A stretch of DNA of 63,181 bases, filler included, from Reticulomyxa filosa (GCA_000512085.1; 23 parts of 23 records of this genome joined end to end with filler, not necessarily neighbours in it), one strand, 5' to 3'; positions 22,920 to 36,218 are shown, counted from the whole stretch's first letter. Program-made: numbers and translations. Notes: a model not told the origin generated them from the sequence alone.

Positions 22920-25215
22920 CTGAACAGAGAAGCACACAATATTTATATATGTATATATATATAGTGTTCTCACAAAAAAAAAAAAAAAAAAAAAGTGAAC
23001 TTAAGACCCTTCCCCTCCGTTCCACCCCNNNNNNNNNNNNNNNNNNNNNNNNNNNNNNNNNNNNNNNNNNNNTTAATTAATTAANNNNNNNNNNNNNNNN
23101 NNNNNNNNNNNNNNNNNNNNNNNNNNNNAAAAACGGAATAGGATCCAACTCCGTCTCCGAAAGGAGCAAAAGAGGTTTGTTAATCTTTTTTTTTAATAAA
23201 AATATATCGATCTGCTGTGTGTTTGTGTATAGGAATCCACCGTCCACCAAAAAATGTTAACTGTTTGCCTCATTCATTCACATACAAAAAAAAATACTGG
23301 GGTTGAAGACCACTCTGCATATGATAAAAAAAAATAGCGGTATGCTGTGTTTATATATTTATATTTTTCTTTTATTAAAATAATGTGATTGTGTATTTGT
23401 GTAATAAATAGGAATTCCCCCGCACAAAGAAAAAATTATATTTGTATTTTCTTTGTCCCATCCCTTTACACATAAACAAAAAAAAAAGTTTGAGTGTTAA
23501 CAGGAGAAAAATTTGAAATGTGAGCTTGAACTCCACATCACAGTTATGTTTTTCTTTGCTGAACTTAAAAAATTAAAAAATAATTTGTGTGTGTTTGTAC
23601 AGATGAACACGATCCAAAGATTTTGAAGAAGAAATTGGAGAATGAGGGTGGTGAAAAAAAAATGGTGAATATTGATAAAAAATAAGATGTGGGAAAAAAA
23701 ATATGAATAAAAAAGAGTGAGGAAAAAAAAAGTAAGAATAAAAAAGGGGAAAAAATATAAAGAAATAAGAAAAATTTTATTATGATTATAAAAAGAAAAA
23801 AGTAGTTGAAATAAAAAGAAAATATAGAAAAAAGATTGATAAAAAAAAGAAAAAGATGAAAAAAAAAATGAAAACTTTTTTAAGTATTGGAGCCATAACT
23901 CCAAAAATGTTAGATCCAGTGGATGGAAGGCGATGGCATCAGACTCAACAATAAGTTCAGAATCAAAAATAATAATTTCACATCCTACGTTTTCTAACTT
24001 TCTATGATATATGTATTTCTTTTTTATGGCAATAAAATAAAAATTTTTTTTACATATAGGAGGCAAATCAAATATGTATATGTGAATGCGATTTAAGAAA
24101 TTGAAATGGGCAGTTCGAACTTCCCGAANNNNNNNNNNNNNNNNNNNNNNNNNNNNNNNNNNNNNNNNNNNNTTAATTAATTAANNNNNNNNNNNNNNNN
24201 NNNNNNNNNNNNNNNNNNNNNNNNNNNNTATTAACATATGCTTGATACTTGTTGTGTCTACAGGCAATTGAACAAACACATGGTAGACAAGAGGATAGTT
24301 GTCAATTGCACGTTACGTGGCAATGAGACATTTCATCCTGCTCTTTTTATTTTTTCTACAGCTATTGTCCAATTTTTGTTTTTTTTTTGTTTTCTTCTTT
24401 TTGCTGTTTCTTGTTTTCTCCTGTGCTTTTCAATCCCTTTACAAATTTTTAAAAGTCTCAAAAATTTGTTTTTGTTTTTACGCTCTGTGACACCAATAAT
24501 CTGTTTATTTATTTGTTTTTTTTTTTTTTTTTTTTGTGGGTAAAAACCAGGAAAAAAAAGTGAAGAAAAAGACTGTTGTTCATTGAAACACAGGCTTGTT
24601 TTGTTTCCTACCCAATATAGTGGTTATTGGTGCTTCTTTGCAGTCTTTGAGCGAAATTTGTTTGTTCTTTTCTTAGGGGAAAAAATTATGCTTTTTCTTT
24701 TATTTTGTTTTGGTTTCTTCACTGGTCAGATCACAGAAACAAACAAGGAAAATGTAGTAATTTTTTTAATAAAAAAATAGGGTGGCAAAAATACTTTCTC
24801 TGGTTGTGAGTATGTGTGGAGTTTTTTTTTGTCCGATCAGACAAAGCAAATTGTTTTTTTTTTGGTCAAAGTTCTGCTTTTGTGTTGGATTTTTTTTATG
24901 TTTTAATCGTTTCAAATATGTTTGAAATATTTGCAATTACAAAGTGCTCTTCGAAATTTTCATGCAACACTTCATCATCTGGTAATTGTTAATACAGCAA
25001 TTTCATTCATAAAGCTTTTTCTTTCGTTTATACCATCAGAGGAGGGAAAAAAAATGCCTAGAACCATTGACACTACATGCAAATAGACCAATCAAATTCG
25101 GACTCTACTTGGTAAAAATCGCAAACGGACACAAATTTTTTTAAAATAGAAACAAAAAAAAGAAGTGATGCATTGAATTTTAGTAGGCGTATACAATCAA
25201 TTATTATACCGGCGT

Positions 25216-25358
25216 CGGTACTACCTCAAGCAACACTTGGTGGTAGGGTGTTGTGGTAGTACCGTTTTTGTCTGCGGTTGTGAGGAAAGATTTCGATGTG
25301 GACCCGTTTTACGGCTGTGTCAATCGATGTAAACGGCGTGAGCGTCTTTCTTTTTTTT
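25216..25358 (+). ncRNA. Candidate small two-hairpin ncRNA ending in a T8 run
   Basis: CGGTACTACC/GGTAGTACCG 10-bp stem plus GCAACACTT/GGGTGTTGT; second hairpin GAGGAAAGA/TCTTTCTTT with CCGTTT/AAACGG. Confidence 0.35.
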
Positions 25359-25732
25359 ATCTTCGAAGTAATGCGTAGTCATTTTGTTTTTCTGTATGAC
25401 GAATGGTTATACTTTGGAAATAGCGTTGTAAAGTAATAATTTATTCCAATGTGAAGTATCACTTCTTTTTTTTTTAAATGAAAAAAGTTTACAGATAGTA
25501 TTTGGCCAGAACGTGCAATATTAATACAAACACAGTGAACGTTTAGAAGTTTGAAAACTCAATTATTTGCAATTTTTATGGGAAAAAAAGCAATTGTAAG
25601 TATGTAAACATATTTGCAGCAGACAAAGAAGAGAAGAACCCTCTATCTCGTCTCACGCCATTCAACTCTATTTCATTCGATTTCCCTCCCTCCTCATAAA
25701 AAAAGAAAAAGAAAAAAAAAGGGATGTATGTA

Positions 25733-26941
25733 TTACTGCAAAAGCCTTTCCGACTCCCCTCCTAGTTCAGTGTTCCCCTTTAGTGATTGTTCCTCCCCGC
25801 TTTGGAAGTCACTTTCATCGTCACTTCTCTCCCCTGATTTCTGAAAAGTGTGATACATAGGCTTCGTGCTGCCGCCATTGTGAGAGTTGTCACTATCCAA
25901 AATGTGTTGTACGTATAAAGTGAGAATATGTTTTACCAAGGAAATGCAGTCCGATTTATCTTTGCCTGAAATTTCAAAGCAATCTTTGATCCATCCATTA
26001 GTTTTATTATTATTATTACATTTGTCATGCAGAGGAGAACAAAGACCATTTTTATTCTTTGTTTCGGTTGGATTATTTGCGGCGCAGAGCGCTTCAGCCT
26101 CGCGAGGAGTTACCTTGCGCTTATGATTGCGATCCAATTTGTTGCCAACGACAAAGGCCATCACATCTTTATACCTTTGGCTCCCCTTTTTCGAGGCATT
26201 CAAGCTGCCCCTGTGGTGTGTCTTCTTTTGCTTCCCATCCTCCTCCTCGCCAACGGTGCTTGTCGCCTCATTTTGGTAACTATTATACGTGTGTGAATAG
26301 GTTTCTATAAACTGCGGCACCCATCGTGTTTTTATATGTTCGAAACTTGAATGATCCGTTATATCATACATAAACAACACAATATCGCAATCACGAATCA
26401 TTGAAGTGGACAACATCGAAAAACGTTCTTTATATTTGTACCAAAAAAAAAAGAAAGAAAACACAGAAGCAAAAAAAAAAAAAAGAAGAAAACACAGAAA
26501 CAAAAAAAAAAAATCATATGCATTTTTTTTTAACCTGGCCACTGCAGTCCCAAAGTTGCATATTCAATGGAAAGTTTTCATGGACGATGGACTTGGTGGC
26601 TGTGTTCGCACCGACCGTTGGACGATATCTTTTTGGAAATTCTCCATTCACAATTTGCAAAAAAAATGCAGACTTTCCTACACCTGCGTCGCCTTGCAAT
26701 ATCAATTTGATCGTTTGGGGCTTCATTGGTGCGGTTCCCGTCTCCTCTCCCCCACATACACACAACATTTGCTCTCTTCAATTGACTATTTCAATATCAA
26801 ACGCATTTTATAAAGTCTTAATACTGTCTCCCTTTCCTCTTCTCTGATATCAGCGGAGAAGAAGTAGTAATTTACCTCCTTGGAAGGATGTACTGAACCA
26901 CCCTTTGCACAACAATTCATGGAACTCCAATCTACACCCAT
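25733..26941 (-). CDS. Divergent Rab/Ras-superfamily small GTPase (exons 26876-26941, 26535-26744, 25733-26428)
   Basis: G1 GDAGVGKS, G2 PTVG, G3 WDCSGQ|ERF, G4 VGNKLD, G5 EISGK. Confidence 0.88.
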
Positions 26942-27293
26942 TGATTCGTAAATATTAATGATGCATTCAGATGAAGGATATCCACAAAAAGTTTTATAGT
27001 TAACGTCATTTGACAGTGCTTTGATAAAATACATTTTTATACAAAGAAACCGTTTCATTTACAAATAGTTTTAAGTATTCTCGGATACAATTGCAAAAAG
27101 ATGATACTGTCCACTTACTTACAGCATAATTCAAAATTTATATTTTACCATAAAAAAACATCTCTAAAAAAGGTTTCAGTGAAAGTAAAATATGAACTAA
27201 ATACAATCCTTGAGATCGGTGCTTTTTGTTGGAATATAACAAGTGAAGCGACGGGGGAAAACCTGTAAGAAAAGTTCAAATATTATTTGAAAA

Positions 27294-28653
27294 ATGACGG
27301 CTTTGGCTGAAGATTCGAAAATCACGACAACCGAAAAAACAGAGACATCTGCAAAAAATCTCTTAACAGTGATTTGTTTTTCAAAAGATAGGCCGTTTCA
27401 GGTGAGAAAAGTAGGAAAAAGGGGAAAAATGTACGTAACTTTTTCAAAAACAAACTGAAAAAAAAATGGTTTAAGCTCAAAGAATTACTGCGATCAGTAT
27501 CACATTTTTGGAAAGGTATATATATTCCTTAAATTTCCTAAGCAAATTTAGTGCAATTGCAAATTGGAAGTTGGGGACAATAAAAAACAAACGAACAAAC
27601 GGAACGGCGAACGGCGGAATGATACGGCAAACGAAGGAAAGTACGTATACAAAGTACTGTACACATTTAGCGAAGCAAAGTATGAAAAATGTTACGAAAA
27701 GATAAAAGCCGCGTTTCCAAAAATCGAATTTGTGGTTGAAAGAGAAAAAAAGTTTGCGAGTGATTTGTTGAGTTTGCTGTCGAATGTGAAAACCCCGTAT
27801 GTGTGTTTCCATGTGGATGACATGTTTTTTTATCGGTCGTTGGATTTGGATTCCATTTGCAAAATGTTGGATGATGATAATTCCAAAATTTTCGCATTTT
27901 TTCCGAAATTGAACTCGCAAATTAATTTTTGGTATAATTTTTTTTTAATAAATTTTTAAAAAAAGTGCGAAAAATTTAACTAGTAAAACTTAAAAATTCC
28001 TTTTTTTGTTTTTTTTTAAAAAGCCACCCGGCCAATGAAAAAGCACCCACCCCTACATTTTTTCGAAAACCGATTTATCCGGGATTATTGAGTTGGATGC
28101 CTCGTATGTGTGTGAGCGATTGGTGTTACTTATTTGATTTGTGTGGCACCATTTATCGCACGGGTAATGTGTTGCTGTTGTTTCAGGCTATTCAAACGAA
28201 ATATGGCACAATGGGTTTGTCCAGGTAATTCATTTGTTTTTAAATTTTATATTTGTTTGTTTGACTGGCCCATTGATAATTGTTTTAATGAATTGTGGTA
28301 AACAAAGTCCAAATCGTTTTGAAGTCCATGGCAACAATTGCGTTGATCAAATATATCCCGGAAAACATATGCGACTGTTTGCTGGTTGCGTTGAGGATAG
28401 CGTGATGTCGGTGATTACAATCAATCGTGTTCAAAAAGATTACAATGTCCCCATTTATTCCGAACAAGAGTTAAGCACCGAAAAACTGCTCGAGTTTTTT
28501 GAAAAAGATTACGAATTGGATTGGAGCAAATACGCAGATCAAACTTTTAATTCGGTCCACATTGGACATTGTTTCTTTTGTCACGATAAACGCAATCTTG
28601 CTTTTGGTTCTAACACGAAGTCTGACGATGTATCTCAACAAAAAACCGATTAG
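27294..28653 (+). CDS. Putative GT-A fold glycosyltransferase-like protein, multi-exon
   Basis: VICFSKDRPFQL..LL.S N-terminus, YVCFHVDDMFFY (xDD motif), YLFDLCGTIYR, SPNRFE, ITINRVQ; the 3' introns checked are in phase. Confidence 0.65.
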
Positions 28654-29852
28654 TTTTTTATTTTTATATATTTTTGCGTTCAATCGTCTACACCTAAAAA
28701 GTAGCAAACAATAAGCCATTTCTTCGTTATAAAATATCGCAACCTTTTCTTGCGATGCATTTTGTCAATGTATTGAATTTTTTTTTTGCAGCGTTTTGAA
28801 TTTTGGTGGATAAGTTCTCAATGAAGTACGTATCTTCAAATATTATCAACTGTAAACCCGATATCGGTTAAAAAGTGTTGAAATTCGTTGGACAGTACTA
28901 ACACCAACTTTATTATATTGTGATCATAGTCATTAATCTCCAGATTGTTTTAATACGTCGCATCAACATTCATTTTTGTCAGTTTCAGATAATAAGTATT
29001 TAATTGTCATGATCAAATACACTTGGCGTTGATACGTACAAGCTGAAATTTCAAAATTCCGTAAAGTTGATATTTTGAAAACACTCGAAGTAAGCATAAC
29101 CAATTTACTTAAATGTGTAAATACAAAAAAATTTTTAGCAATAATGATTTCAAACAAAATTAATTACGATAGCTGCCAAAACATCAACTTTGAAATTGAT
29201 TTTTCATTGAGAAATGATTATTTTAAAAGTTAACATTTTACTTGCACTTTTTTTTGCTAAGCTACAAAATATATGATAGCAAGAACGAAAGAATAGTGTT
29301 TTGTGTTTGCACACAAGAACGTAGTTTTTTTTAGTGAGCTACGCCGTGTAACGGCTGCGTATTCAATACATAATGTGGGAAGCGTGTATAGCTTTAGAAG
29401 TGAAATACAGAGATTTGTTTAAAAATAATAAATGAGAAATTAGAAAAAAAAATCAAAGACCCCTTAACATCTCTTCACAGTAGCTCTTGCTTTGCACTAA
29501 TTTGGATATTACTTCGTTATCCTGCTTTTAATTGCACTATATTTTTCTTCTTTTTTGTTAAAAATTTGTTATTGTGCACACATAAGCAATTTTCTTTCTG
29601 TTGTATAAGTATAATATATTATAGCTGCTAAATCTTATTCAGAAATGTTGGATTGTTTATTAGTACTTTTGGAGCCTCAACAATCAAAAATTTTTTTAAA
29701 TTTATTGTTGATTTTTCTGTGCTGTAAAGCTGCAAGTAGCAAGGGACAAAAAATAAAAAGCTCCTGCTGGATGTTTTCTTTTCGCATTGCGATTGTTTGA
29801 AAGATTTTCTTGAAGCCGTGGAATTTCTCTGCTAACAAATAATTTTGGACTT

Positions 29853-31997
29853 ATGTTTTTGAGTTGTGAAGGATGCATTGACAACCGCAGACGGCTGTTT
29901 CGAGCGAAAGGCTTCTATTCTAGCAGTTTATATGGTTTTATATGGGTTGTTATTGGTATCGTATGCGTTTTTTTTATTGCTTCATTCCCGGTCCGCTACT
30001 ATCCCAATGACATTCCCAAAATATCCATAACTATGCCCATTCCAGTTCAAGCAGTAGAACTGCCCGAGTTTCTCAGTGTCTTCGAGAGTGCAGATATGGA
30101 CAACGAAGATATAGTCAATGACACTCTAACTTCCGGAATGGCTCAAGTGAGCGACTTCGAGAAAGCAGTGTTCACTGAAGTGGAGCACTATTTTTCTACC
30201 AAAGAGAATTCGACCCTTTTTCCAATATTGAGATATGATTACGAATTATTTTGGTGGACAAACACACGGGCTTCAACCAAAAATAAGTGGTTTCCAAAGC
30301 AGAGTAATGACCGCAGCACAAAACATGCACATAAAAACGGTACCAACCAACAAGACAGTGGCTACATTAGCATTATTACCCAATGTACCATTGATCGATT
30401 GCCTATGCTTAAATCCATGTTGTTGAGATGGACAGGTTCGTTTGTCAAATTCAAATTTTTTTTTTTTTTTGAAAAGGTATACTTTAAAAAAAAAAAAAAA
30501 AAAAAAATTGTACATTTTTTTTTTTTGATTGACACCCATTGGAAGGTGGCGTGAACGTTGCAATATATCTGTTTCCTGAACAAAATACCAATGCAACAAG
30601 AGGATATTTGGAAAGGTACTTTGACTTGTTGTATCGAAAGCATTTGGCAAAGCAAATAAACAATCGAGAAATCAATGTTGCATTAGTGTACCCCCCAAGA
30701 CAACCCAAATGGTCTATTGATACTTGGATTGACCGCGATGGGGTAAAACACATTTTGCAAACTTTGCACCCGTCCATGTTTCACTCCTTTCAACCCGCCT
30801 ACCTTAAGCTACAAACAAATTCCAGTCACATTGCAGAAATGGACAAACCACAGGTTTATCAAAATCCAAATTTCACCGCGATTAGAGAACGTAATAATCA
30901 AATTTATACGTTAAAAGTACTTTTTTTTTTTTTTTTGAACAAAAAAAAAAAAAAAAATAGACAGAACACAAAAAAAAAAAAAAAAATCATAGTGTAAATC
31001 GTTTGCAATCGGCGACAGCAATAATGACTAGGTTTGTAAAGAGGACGTTTCACCAGTATACAATGTATCCAATAAATACACTGAGGAATATTGCATTGTC
31101 AATGTGTCGGAGCGACTACGTATTCCTAGTGGACGTAGACTTCATTCCGTCCGCAAACTTGCACAACAATGTGATGAAGAGCCGTTTTTTTGGGAAATAT
31201 TTTTTGAGACGTAATGAATCTCGGAATATCACTCTTATTTCGAACTCGAATTCTTCTTCTGTTTCTGCTTCTTCTTTCTTGCGCAGACAGGATAATGTTG
31301 CATTGGTCCTCCCAGCGTTTGAATTGATTGACTCGGTTGTCAAGAATGTACATATACGTCCTCAAGGCTCCAAATCCGTCGTGTGGAACATGAGCGATGA
31401 TCACAGTATTCCACAAGAACCCGCAGATCTTTGGCTACTGTTTCGCAAGGAACAAGCAAGACCATTTCACGGCCAGATTTGCAAGCATTGGTATTTTTTT
31501 TTTATTGTTATTTATACTAGACAAGTTCTTTTTTTTTAAAAAAAGAACGTGACTCTTTTTTTTTTTTTTGCGTAATGCATACTCCCTTTTTTCCCTCCCA
31601 ATCAACTGGCGATTTCAATAGTCATGAACCAACAAACTATAAGGAATGGATGAACTCAATTTTATGGAGCGAATACAAGAGTGAATATTATGCTGTGGAA
31701 TATGACAAAAATTACGAGCCATATATAATAACAAAAAGGAAAGGTTTACGGAAATACGACGAAAGATTTCGAGGTTATGGACTTAACAAAGTAATTCATA
31801 TAAAGATGTTGGCCAAATTGGATTTTTTTCGTTTTTTTGTGTATGGCAACGGCTTTGTTATTTCAAAAGAACATAACAAAACACAAGATGGCATTAGTTG
31901 GCGAACAGATTTGAAAAAAAGAAAATGTATGCAATGGCTAGGCGATCGTATCAATGAAGAAATTGCAGCTGGGATTGGTACTCCAACAATCACTTAA
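29853..31997 (+). CDS. GT49 (LARGE/B4GAT1-like) glycosyltransferase, type II membrane protein, spliced
   Basis: N-terminal TM; ISIITQCTIDRL, YPINTLRNIA, VFLVDVDFIPS (DXD), ALVLPAFE, YEPYII, YDERFRGYGLNKV. Confidence 0.9.
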
Positions 31998-33572
31998 CAA
32001 TTTAATTTGCCTTACAACAAAAAAACATCAACTTGAACAACTTTTGTCAATTAGTAGTTTTCAAATATTGCAATTTTTTGTTTTTTAAATCAAGATGTCG
32101 TCATCACTGTCTTCTTTTGTGTTAAAAATAAATAAAAATAAAAACTAATCCCAATCAATTTAGCACATATTCTTCAGATATATTTAACAATTTTTTAAAA
32201 TAATCGATATTATGCCAGATAAAAAAACGAAATTGCTCCTAACAAAACTATTTAAATTAAAAAAACACTTAAATTTCATTAAAAAATTAAAATTCAAAAA
32301 AATTTTAATATTCCAAAAATTAAAAACAAAAAATTTTGCACAACAAAAAAAACAAGTAAAAAAAAACTAAAAAAAAAGCACATGAGCACGTGCAAATGTG
32401 AATGTACATATGCGTGAAAATATTGGTTATGTGGATAATAAATAAATGAGAAGAAGATGCGGATGATGATAGCCTCTTAGTGTTGATGGGAGGCGCACTT
32501 GAATAAAAGTTTTAAAGAATTTTCTTTCCAATCAAAGAGCTGTTCATCATGATCAGATGTCGCGAGGTAACAGTAAAAATGTTATACTACTTAACGACAA
32601 CGTCAAGTACCAAATCAAAAATAAAATGGAATAAATAGAAAAGCATTTGCACCAAGCTGTGAAATTTATGATTATAACTGAATGTTTGAGAAACAAAGTT
32701 TTTGATTACAAAGCAAATGGCGAACCACTAGCAATTATCATTTACTATCTTATTCAAATCAAAGATAAAAATAAATATTCGAAATATTTACTAGTGTTGT
32801 TTACTATATCAAAAATTTTTGCAAAACAGCTTCGCATACCAAATTGCAAAATCATTATCGCGAAAACTGTGGTAGAAATGAAGCGTTTTCCTGCTACAGT
32901 ATAATTTCAAATGATATGTTGGTCCATTTACCGAAGTTGACCGTAGTTATCAATACACTCTAACAATTGTTGATCGATTTACCCTTACGTAGCAGCAGTA
33001 CCTCTCAATACAAACATAACAAAGGAAAATATTTTATCTTTTGTACAAGAATGGGCATGCTGGCGAGTAATTCCTAAACAATTATGTAGAATAGTGAGAC
33101 TACTAACTGTAATACGAAAGGAACTTAGTTCCAAAAAGCAACTTCAGTAAAAGGAAATTAAATTAACAAAAATAATTTTAACACAATAAAGGAAAACAAG
33201 CAAAGAATGCACAAAAGTGAAGATGGTTTTAACCCACGTTCCATTAGTATTTGAGATTGTATAATAGGACTTGCCCTACAATTATAACAGACAATTGTCA
33301 ATTCACAAGTAGAATTGCTAATCTAATAGCACAAAAGTTGACTATAAAACAGCTACAGTAGATTGAAAAAAAAAACCGCCATACCTAAATGGCACTATAT
33401 AAAGAGAATCGATTTTCTCAATGAAAAATAAAGATTTAAACCTAATTTTAAAAAAATATCTATTAATCTTGTNNNNNNNNNNNNNNNNNNNNNNNNNNNN
33501 NNNNNNNNNNNNNNNNTTAATTAATTAANNNNNNNNNNNNNNNNNNNNNNNNNNNNNNNNNNNNNNNNNNNN

Positions 33573-35023
33573 GATGATATCACATACAATGACTTTTTGT
33601 TCAGTTTGCAGAAGCTGGTATTGCAAACTTCTTTTTCGACCAAATAGAGTTTCAACAAGTGGTGGCAAGACAAAATCTTCAAAATGGTGCACATTGTCGC
33701 TTTTGTGAAAAGGATATGTTGACCGAAACGAAAGACCAGACTGCATTATTTTCAAAGATAAACAGCGCTATGATGCAATCCAACAAGCATTGGAGAACTC
33801 AACAGTATTGTCGCCGAAAGTTAGCGTAATCGAACAAATGCATTTTCTACCACTCAAAATGCAAACTCTGCCTCTACTGAACAAAAGGCAGTTGTTGTCA
33901 ATGATATGCAAATCCATGAAAATATGGATTGTAAAGAGTCTAACATTTGCAAAACGTTACTTTCACGAACATAAATATGAATTTATTATATATGATATAC
34001 ATATATATTATTTACACTGATAATATCCAAAAAAAAATTTTTTTTTGATCATAAAATGCACCAATTTAAGTAGCGTCGTCGGCAATTAGTGGTGTCCCAA
34101 TATAGGTGGACGAACTGGCGTTGTGTGTGTGACTGATTTGGAGGCGCTTGCCAGCATCAAGGTCAACCAAATGCTGCTGACAGTGCAAATGCATGCGACA
34201 CTGCCACTGCAAAACAACAAGTGCTTGTGGCGAATACTCAACAAAGATATTAGCGAATGTCATGTCTAGTGTGTTTTGTGTTTACTTCGTGTTAGCATGT
34301 GTTGTTGTTGTTGTTTATGTGTGTATAGTATACGTACTTCTTTTTGGAATGATTACGTAAATACTTTTTTTCTTCTTCCTTAAAAAAAAAAATTAAGATG
34401 AACAATTGTTGGAAGATGTAAATGCAATAGTCCAATCGATGATAGACTGACACAAAGACATTTAATCAAAGATCGAAGAAAACTTGATAATCGTGATCAG
34501 TGGCAATTGGAAAGAAGCGCTCAAGTCATAAGCATCCGAATCTGGAACAGTCGCAGAGATTCGAATTGTGAATTAGTCGGACGACATGAAGATAAGTGAG
34601 ACGTACATTAATCGTGTGTTTTGCAGCCCAGAAGAAGGTCTAATACAACACTCGTATATTCAGATAAAATTGAACGGAGATTGCAAGTTGGATAACTATC
34701 ACATTTTAGCGACCGTATACAATGGCGCAATGTTGTGTTATTTGCTAGGCAAGACACAACTCAAATTTTTGGACGTCAGTGTCATTCACTTGACAAACTT
34801 GGAAGATCACATTCTATTGGAATCTCATCAAGTCGAAGAAAATGCCAAACTGTTCTTATTCAGTGCCAAAGCTTTGGGAATACGTCTTTCGAGAGAAGAT
34901 TTGGATCAACAAAAAAGTTGTGGTCGAAATTTACAGATATATAACAATGTCAATAAATATACATGCTCATTAAACAAACTTGTTATAAAATCTTTTATTT
35001 GTTGTTATTGTCAACGTCGTTGA
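33573..35023 (+). pseudogene. Fragmented gene of unknown family
   Basis: Coding-like ORFs (33790, 34586) with stops and frameshifts between intron-like tracts. Confidence 0.3.
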
Positions 35024-35449
35024 TGGCCAATGTCTAAATTCAATCGATTCAACAAATATACAAAATAAATAAACAGAATTGATTCGTTTGGCTGCCGATA
35101 ACGAAGACAATAAAGCCATTGAAAAATTGACTGGATTCCACTATTGATGAACATAATCCAAAAAAGACACTTAAATAAATAAATTGAAAACTTTAATTTG
35201 GAAATGTTAACACAGCGGCCGAAATTAATAAAGACTTTCTGCCGAAAGTCCTGTCAAAAAATACGCGGAAAATCCCGATGCGGCATNNNNNNNNNNNNNN
35301 NNNNNNNNNNNNNNNNNNNNNNNNNNNNNNTTAATTAATTAANNNNNNNNNNNNNNNNNNNNNNNNNNNNNNNNNNNNNNNNNNNNTCCAATGTCTTGTT
35401 TTATATCTATTTAAAATGATTGGTTGTATCATTTATATATTTATATCAT

Positions 35450-36218
35450 TTATTTTATTAACAACAAAATAAACACATACATGATCTGTTGATTGATCCA
35501 ATATTTGTAACATTCCCACAGATGTAATAATTGAATATGATGATATTGATAATACCAATTATCATCATTTTTTTTTTTAAATCCAAAATTTTGTAAATTT
35601 TTTTCCACATCTATGAGTACTTTCTCGAAATTTGCACATAATGCACGACATTTTGTTGATAAATAGTTGTATAAAGCTTGTTTGTGAATTTGACGATATT
35701 TGACATGTTTACGATATTTCAAAATATTCCACAAAATATGCAAACACATTTTTCGAATTATTTTTAATTCATTTTCTTCTTGAAACCTATTACAATCATT
35801 TTTTGTTTTAGTCTGCAGTAATGTATACATTTTATACACTTAACTCATTCAAGTTGGAAGTTGCACATATCTCTAGTAATTTCCACCTTGTATCAACAAG
35901 AATTTGATTGCAATTTTTCCATGTTTGTGATATTGTTGTTTTTTCAAGCTTCGTGCCAAAAGATTCAAATAAATTAATTAAATATTGTTGTTGTTGTAAA
36001 GTTGTGCTGTATTAAAATATATAATGCAATAATTGTCAAAAAAAACATATAATTATTAAAGAGAAGAGAAAATATGTAGAAATCTATTGTTACGTGTTCT
36101 CTGTTAGCCAAGTTAAGATATCCTTTGTCTTGTCAACATTTTCCTTACACTGCTTCCATGCCTTTAACACAATCTCTTCACCTATCTTGGGAAACGTTTG
36201 TTGAAGTTGTGCAAGCAT
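35450..36218 (-). CDS. CUE-like plus PUB-like domain protein, partial (possibly pseudogene)
   Basis: MLAQLQQTFPKIGEEIV (CUE-like L...FP) and HILWNILKY..HVKYRQI...LQNFGF (PUB-like NI...KYR.I...L...GF). Confidence 0.55.

Noticed and set aside
23497-24066. Phe-rich or Lys-rich ORFs (also 932-1443, 24238-24543, 46932-47177) as membrane proteins
   Set aside because: Translations of poly-T/poly-A low-complexity or low-quality sequence
25219-25228. let-7-like TGAGGTAGTA on the minus strand within a hairpin
   Set aside because: Only a 10-nt match, the rest diverges, G-U pairs favour the opposite strand, and the host appears non-metazoan
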